From: Lingula anatina
Lineage: Eukaryota; Animalia; Brachiopoda
Length of the DNA: 64,000 nucleotides
Direction: 5' to 3'
Assembly (NCBI GenBank): GCA_051362555.1
Contig: CM120640.1
Location: 20,646,001-20,710,000 of the forward strand
In this document: positions 56,797 through 64,000 of the stretch, one piece after another
Position numbering within the stretch: position 1 is the stretch's first letter
How the letters are laid out: every line of letters starts with the position of its first letter
The notes under the pieces: generated by a model
Seen by the model: the letters and a program-made list of their open reading frames with translations, nothing else
The model's database searches: none
Told to the model about the DNA's origin: nothing
Program-made: the position numbers and the translations under genes

Positions 56797-59028
56797 TATT
56801 TGCCCTTTGACACCCCACCTTGCAGGTTATCGAACCGACAAGCCAACCGATGAAAATTAATCCGGTCTATTTGAAGAGTATATTTTTAGTTGAAATACCT
56901 ACCATAAAAAGACGAATCCTAAAAAACGTTCATGATATTCAAAGAAATGTTTGACAGTTATACAACTAGCTATGACGCAAGTTGCTGCTTTTAAGCAAAA
57001 AAGATCTTTAAATTACCACATCCTTAATTACTACCCGTGCTGATAGTTTGTGGCTATTTTCGGGCTTCCCCTGACACTGTCTGATTTTTTCTAACCGCAG
57101 TGAACAAATCCGCATGGCTCATACCGATTCAATACATACATTATCCGAAATAGACAGTGCATATCAAAATCAACACACGTTAGCCTTGAATAGGCTCCTT
57201 GTTTTGAAAAGACTTCCGGTCTAGAGTATGGATATGAAGTTTGATATCTCGACTGGCTCGTAAAATGTTATGCTGTGCAGCTGCTATCATCCAAAGCCCA
57301 ACGCACACAACACTATGAGCTGAGCTACCGGGAGCTCTGGATGGACAGCCCAATTCAATACTGCCATATTTGACAAAATGTTCGCATCAGAAGTTTTAAG
57401 GTGAAAACCAACCTATATTTTCAAGCCACATTGAAGGTGCACCAGGTCAGGCCAGACAAAAACACATCTAATAGCTTTTAGTGTGGATCGTGTCCTAAAG
57501 CACTGCAAAACCGTCTTCGACCTTATCTACGGGCCTCGTATCAGCATTCACGTTGCGTAGACAAGCATTCAATAGACCGATATATTGAGAGGACTATTAG
57601 CGAAGCAATGCCATTCTTTGTGTCCACGGTACATCCTATCGTGCCGAGAAAAAGTCTCGACTGCAATTTTTACCACAAAATAATTATAATTAGAAGCATA
57701 GACTGTCGTAGAATTATGAAGTGCTTAATTTGGGAAACTAAATCACGCATTTTCAATTCACATTCGCGTACGGGGTGCCTTGTATGGTGTCACCATTGGT
57801 ACTAGCGTACGCGCTGCCTGGCTTCGGGACCAACTGGAGCATAAAAAAGTAAACTTATTTATCATACGGCTCTTTATTTCCTTACACTGTTCCTATGCCA
57901 TAACCCAGTCTCGCATATCTTTTCTCCCTGCACTTATTGAATGTTATGTGGTCGGATAAGAGTCATTGCTCTTTGTGGTTCCAAACTAAGGGAAGTGGAG
58001 CGGACTCGCTTATTCGATTCCGGTGAAAATGCATTGGTCTTGTCAGGGCTCGAAGGCTTTGATGAAAAAAAACGCGGCAGCTATTGACCGCAAAGAGAAA
58101 TGCATTACCAGCGAAGTTGCGCTCTGTTGTGTGTCTCTACCCTGGGAAAGAACTAGAATTTTAGTCCGTCTGACCAACACATCCTTTTTTCTCCAATACA
58201 GATTCTTGACCTCGGATATCAGGTGTTGTGTAAGCGTTGTTGCCCAGTCAGAATAAACAGTATATTTCACAAAACTGGGAAATTAATGACGTCGTTGTAT
58301 TTCAAGAAAATATTTTTGAAATCAACAGGAAAATCGTTCTAAAGGAATATATCCTGATATTAGTTTATTTGCTTACCAATGGACTAATTAAACACGGGTC
58401 CTAGGCTTACCTAAATACAATGGTCCAGGGATATCTGGATCCAGTTCACAGTTTATATGGTTTTTAGAATCTCAGCGGATTGCCTTTCTTCATAGCTACA
58501 TGTATAGGGTAAACTTAACTATAAGATTTTTTCCTATATCCTCAGAGAAGTTATAATAATTTTAGGCTTCACTAGGCTGTGCGAAGTGAAATTAAATAAA
58601 CAAGAAATATTAGACAGTCACTATGTGTAACCGTTCTGGTAAATGGTAAAAAAAACTCATTTACAAATAAACCTTTTGGACAATATTTTGTCAATGCATT
58701 CATGATTAGCATTCAGACAGATTTCAGAAGTGAAAGGATAAAATCGATTGTAAGCCAGGGCGCAGTACAGACGGAAAGCTTTCAGAAGAACAAATGAACT
58801 AGTACATGTAGTAAGCTGATTGCCGTGCCTCCGATCCGATTCTATGTGGCATCAAAACCTGATGATACCAAATAAAAAACAAGCATTTATGTGTTCAACA
58901 CTATGCACCTCTGCGCAAGAGTATTGACACTCTTACAACAACGCATTCATACTGGCACCCATTTAAAAGTTAGCCTTCAGTATTTTCATTTTTTTACATA
59001 AAATGAGCTTCTGGTCAACTTGACTTAC

Positions 59029-59140
59029 CTCTCACTCTTATGTTCTCAATATTTTCCACAACAATTTGTCCATTTAATGTCTCTCCTGCGTAGTAGTGCT
59101 CTTTCTCCAATTCAATATCAAACTTCCGTATGTAATCCAT
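59029..59140 (-). CDS. Alpha-arrestin (arrestin domain-containing protein) coding exon 1 (112 nt)
   Basis: Not in the ORF track. Encodes MDYIRKFDIELEKEHYYAGETLNGQIVVENIENIRVR(G), the Arrestin_N start motif (YxxGexxxG). Donor G|GTAAGT; phase 1 matches exon 2. Confidence 0.92.
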
Positions 59141-62100
59141 ATCTCATCTAGAAAACCTTAAATGAAAAAGATAAAAAGATAATTATACATACGCTTAATT
59201 TTATATATGCTTATTTATTAATCGTAAGAATAATCGTATCAATCAGCTGCATAGAAAAGAAGGGAGCACGTACTTGATATTATCTTCTTGTTGGTTATAG
59301 ACAGATTGAAAAACAGGAGGTGTTTAATATATCTTAAAGCAAGATTAAATATAATGAACGTGCGCCAATGAAAATACAAAGAAATAAAACATATTTTCGA
59401 ACTACAGGAATAAAATAAACACGAAAGTTTATATTAACACCTCTCAAGCATTTTTAGATGTTTGACTAGACTTAAACGGTCTTTTATCGCGTGGAACTCA
59501 TCCAAATAAGCTTTGACCGAGACTGTCGACACTGCTTGATGTTTAGTCGAACCTAGAAAACGCGCAAAAATCTGCGTAAGGTGGGGTTAACTTTTTAGTA
59601 ATAAGAGCTAAAAGCAATGTGTCAAGGAAATGTCGACCTAGAAAGAAATACAAAAATGACACACAGAACTATAGTTCAACAGAACTTACAAGGGAACGAG
59701 AAAAACTTTCACGGATGAAATCTGGTTTTATTCGAAGCCGGACAGCCCTCTTTTGTATTCCATTCTTGCGGACCCCAAACTCCTCAAAATGCCCCGAAAT
59801 CTCGCTTTGGGATATATCGGATTGTTCCAACTATAATGTTAAACCTGAATAACCCCTACAACATAACCAAATTATTAAGGACAAGGGCAATGATAACTAT
59901 ACTCATATTGCATTTTGACAAGGTGATTATTTATACACTGTATTAAGTATTCCATGATGGCAGCAGGCGCCTGTCTCTTATCTCTTATATCAAAATGCGC
60001 TACAATTTAAAAATAAAAATTACAATTAAATTACAATTAAAATGAAGATTATTTTTTTTATAATTTCAAAAATCGCAAAAACTGGCCATACACTGCCGAT
60101 CTCAACTTCAGGAAAATGATTGCGTGAGCTATTCACCTGGGTACCAGTAGAGCTATCAAAACAAAATATAGGCTGTTTCAGGTTATTTTCTGTTATCGAT
60201 AAAGCCGCCTGACATGATCAGCGGACCTAGATAGGAGGTGATTCTCTGACGACAGATTATTTTCATCTGCCAATTTGGTAAAAAGAAACTCCCAGAGGGT
60301 AAAAGGCACTCGAGTCCTCTTCATACTGGATAGCGAACTGACTCATGAGATGGCGTAAAAAGACAACTCCCAAAGGATCAAACGAACTGAGGGTGTGTTG
60401 TCAAAAGGATTACTTCATTCTGGATATCGAACAAACTTTCGTCATCAGGAGACCGGGTTGATACTCCGGATATCTAAGTATCGGAAGCGCAATGGTGTCT
60501 CCTCACTCTCCGCACAGAGTGTTTTCCCAGTTGCCTCCGCCCCCAAGACATTCAAGTCCCCGGAAAATCAGCTGATTCATCCGATTTAATTTCTGGATTT
60601 GTGGAATAAAACATTCAAGGTTTGATCAGACCGTAAGAGATCTATGGCGGGATGTGCAATCAAGCGCACTCACCACGCATGCGGTTCTATATATCATTAT
60701 CTACCAACTAGACTTTCAGATTGTACATTCCTGTCGCTGCACGAGTTTCGGCCTTTGACCCGACAAGTGCATGGTCCTTGCTAGAAATGGATCGTCTTGA
60801 AGCCAGGAAAGGGCGGTCTGAGCGATACTGTAACATCATCAATGTTCTGTACATCTCTCCTACCCCGGTACGTGTATATTGAAATCTAAAATGACACTGG
60901 ATGAATAGAATAACTGTTCATATTGGAAATCAACACATAACATGTAGTTATAATTGGCAAGTGTATTCCCCTTCTTATACCCACTTAAAAAGGTACGGGT
61001 TCCAGGTGGATGTTAGCATTTGGCAAAATCGCTTTTAACACTTTTGAGCTACAAGTAGTAGGCTGTCTAGCTTCTTCGCAAACCAAGTTAGCTTACTCAA
61101 GGAATGAGTCCGTAAACAAAAAATACCTAAATTTTTCAGGGGGTTGTTAATGATGTTTGGCACAGAAAATGAAAAATAACAGTTATTCAGCGCAGCGGAT
61201 GTACAGTACTTTATGCGCTGTGCGACTTCCATTCCGTCAAATAAATCAAACTAACATATTCCATCGTGCTAAATTTCAGGTCCACGGTTGGAGGGAATGA
61301 TAGTTCGAGCTTATTTCCCTTTAATTCTCAGAGTTTAAGAAAAAAGGACGAATGCAATTTTGTGTGAAGGTTGATTTGATGGTTTCACAAAGAAGTTTAG
61401 ATCTGGAGACTAACAGCGCTCACTGTACATAATTTTTAATATAAACTCCTCATGGATACGAAAATGCGAATGCAAATTAGTGTACTAATCCATTACTCTC
61501 GGGGGGCTCGTAGGCTAAAGTACAAATGCATGGACGTACATGTAAATGTACCATGTGCACCAGAGTTGCACATAATAAACTAATAAGATGTTATCGTTGG
61601 GAATGAAATTAGTTGGGGGCCGGGTGATTATTTGTGCATCATGAGGATTCGGATTTGAACTCCAGACCTGCAACGTACAACACTGGAACATAAAACTGAG
61701 AAATTGAATGTTGTAATGGGTCCAAGATCGAGTGTAACGGGACCGGCCATAGCAAGTTCACAGACTGGCCAATCGTTAGCTCCTTGGTCCACAGGACTCA
61801 CAGGTACTCGGGAGGGCAGAAATATGAGGATACCATCGAGAACCTTTGCCGCTGGAGAATTGCATGGAAAAAGTACATGCATTTTTCACGTAGGGCGCCG
61901 TTGTATAACGATTTTGGGACTCAGGAATCAGACAATGGTCTCACAGAGATGTTTCATTTTTCCGCTGATGGTATTTCCTTTATAAATTTTTGATACGTTC
62001 TTCGTATATATATATATATATATTTTTTTTTAACATGCTCTACCCACGCTCTGCCTACTCTTTCACTCTTTCTCTCTTCTCTCCCTTGCATCTCTTTCAA

Positions 62101-64000
62101 AGCCATTCCTTGTTGCATATTAAAATGATAGATATGACATCCTGTTGGCCTGATTGGCATGTTCTACCCAAGCAACAGCAGAGCTGAACAGACAGATGAT
62201 AGTTCTATCAGTTTCGTGTTCACCAGCTTATATTCCCTGAACAACAATAGTATTTATGTTGTATTCACTGTATCCACTCCATTTAGTAAATGTTCATCAG
62301 TTACAATAAACGTATACGCACAATGCATTTATTAACCAATGTGTCGTCTTCTATCGGTATGACACGGCCACTTCATGGATCTAAAACACATGTCGACAGC
62401 CCGATTCTTGTTGCACAACATGAGGGCATGTGACCGTGTGATCAGGGACCGATAACGTGGTTCAGCCAACCCAACTCAGTTAACCAAAAACCAATTTACA
62501 AAAAAAGTCTCACTAGATTATAGAAATTTACGACGCCATTAATCCGTTAAGCTGAAACGAGTTCCTTGATTAAAAGCCGTTTTCGTGCAGTAAATTACAG
62601 AATTACTAGCAGTCTACTAGAGCTACGTATAATGAGTTGGGATTCGCGGTGGTTATTAAATAATCAGGACAAAATCCAGGGACTCGTGAAATATCAATAC
62701 AGGATTCTAGAAACAGTATACAAGTAGAAGGATGGACAAATATCTGGTTTTACAAGTCGCTAGGAAGATTTTGACCAAAAAATGACTTGTCGATCCCTTC
62801 CACATTTCACAATATGATATGTAGTTTGGTTAACGTTATTTCGTATGAGAGCCTACTGCACAAGACCTGCCTTTTCAGTTCTATTCCGTTTCCGTTTTGC
62901 ACACCTGCTTTTCAAAAAATCAGACTGCAACGCAAGGCGCCGTTGAATAAGAATGAAAGAAATATAATTATGGGTCCCTAAAAGGATGCATAATAATATG
63001 TATCAATACAAAATGAACATCATCATCATGATATTGGCTGATGAAGGCTTTAGAACTGCAAATCCGTTTTGGATTGTTTAAATGAATTTTTATCTAAAAA
63101 GTTATACTATACATTACTTTACCAAAGACATACTCTGTCTCTGTTTTTTATTCACCGTGCACGTGACCTGATTTGTCCCCCCCCCTCCCCTTAAAAAAAC
63201 CCAGACACCCGTAAATAAGGCGGATCATCCTTTGGTTATGGAGGAGGCAAGGGGCCATTTACAAGTCGTTTCCTGAATAATTTTGTGTTGAGATACGATT
63301 TTCATCACTCGACTGAGTCATTATCGTGTTGAAAGCTGAAGCCCGGTCGTTATTGATGTGAGAACAAAGGGATTAGCCTAAATGCAAACTATCATGATAC
63401 ATATGCAATCTTTTCTATTGCTTTTCTTACTGTGTAAATATTCAAACCGCTAAAACAATTGTTCGTTGGTCCTCGGCAGTGGTAACGCTTTCAGCAAATG
63501 TATAAATCTATGTGCAAATGGATACAAGTAACACAATACATCGAAGCACCGTCTCAATCTCAAATGATTTCAATCTCAAATGACTCAAGGAGGTAAAGGA
63601 GAGAGGGACTGCTTGAAACATCTGGCAACTACACGTGACCAAGGAAAGTCTAGCTATAATTCCTTGATATGAAGAAGGAGCTGTCCTGGGCAGCTGGGAA
63701 GTAATTTGTGGTTGGCAAGGCGCCTGCACATGGTACTAATTATGTTGATAACGTCCACTGAGTGCTAAGAAACATTCGAAACACACATTGAAAATAATAT
63801 GTTTTGTTAAGATCCCCCTTGTTTCCACGAGAAACATGAAAAACAAGACGTTAAGAAGAGTATCACTGTGGAGACAGAAATGCAGAACAGAATCCATTAA
63901 GGTTATGTAGCTTGAAATATATCAAAACATAACCTAATTTGAGTTTTTTTTCTTTCACGTTCTTATTTATGTATCACTCAATCATATCTGACATATACTA

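Noticed and set aside
57240-57335. CCCGGTAGCTCAG (tRNA/SINE 5' end-like) on the minus strand
   Set aside because: No matching B box at proper spacing; at best a decayed SINE.
60120-62200. Possible non-coding first exon or promoter of the arrestin gene (donor-like CAG|GTGAAT near 60138, CCAAT near 62155)
   Set aside because: Motifs too common to place an exon without transcript data.

Overview
AT-rich eukaryotic (invertebrate animal, probably lophotrochozoan-type; taxon not provable here) genomic DNA with GT-AG spliced genes. Two minus-strand genes are supported. (1) The 5' part of single-minded (sim, bHLH-PAS): coding exons at 14913-15087, 1341-1417, 862-951 and 354-462, continuing off the left edge. 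(2) A complete 7-exon alpha-arrestin (arrestin-domain-containing) gene, 59140 to 41542, about 425 aa; several of its exons are missing from the ORF track. The most interesting signal is a small exon at 25531-25565, 10.4 kb upstream of the sim ATG. It splices in frame onto the bHLH exon, giving [21 protein letters not shown]..., and lies next to a CCAAT palindrome and CME (ACGTG) motifs. This suggests a fly-like two-promoter sim locus. The rest is intronic/intergenic DNA with candidate enhancer motif clusters, a 275-bp MITE with a 5-bp TSD, a 73-bp dispersed repeat and microsatellites. All calls were made by eye, and comparisons to known proteins or RNAs are from memory, not from database searches.
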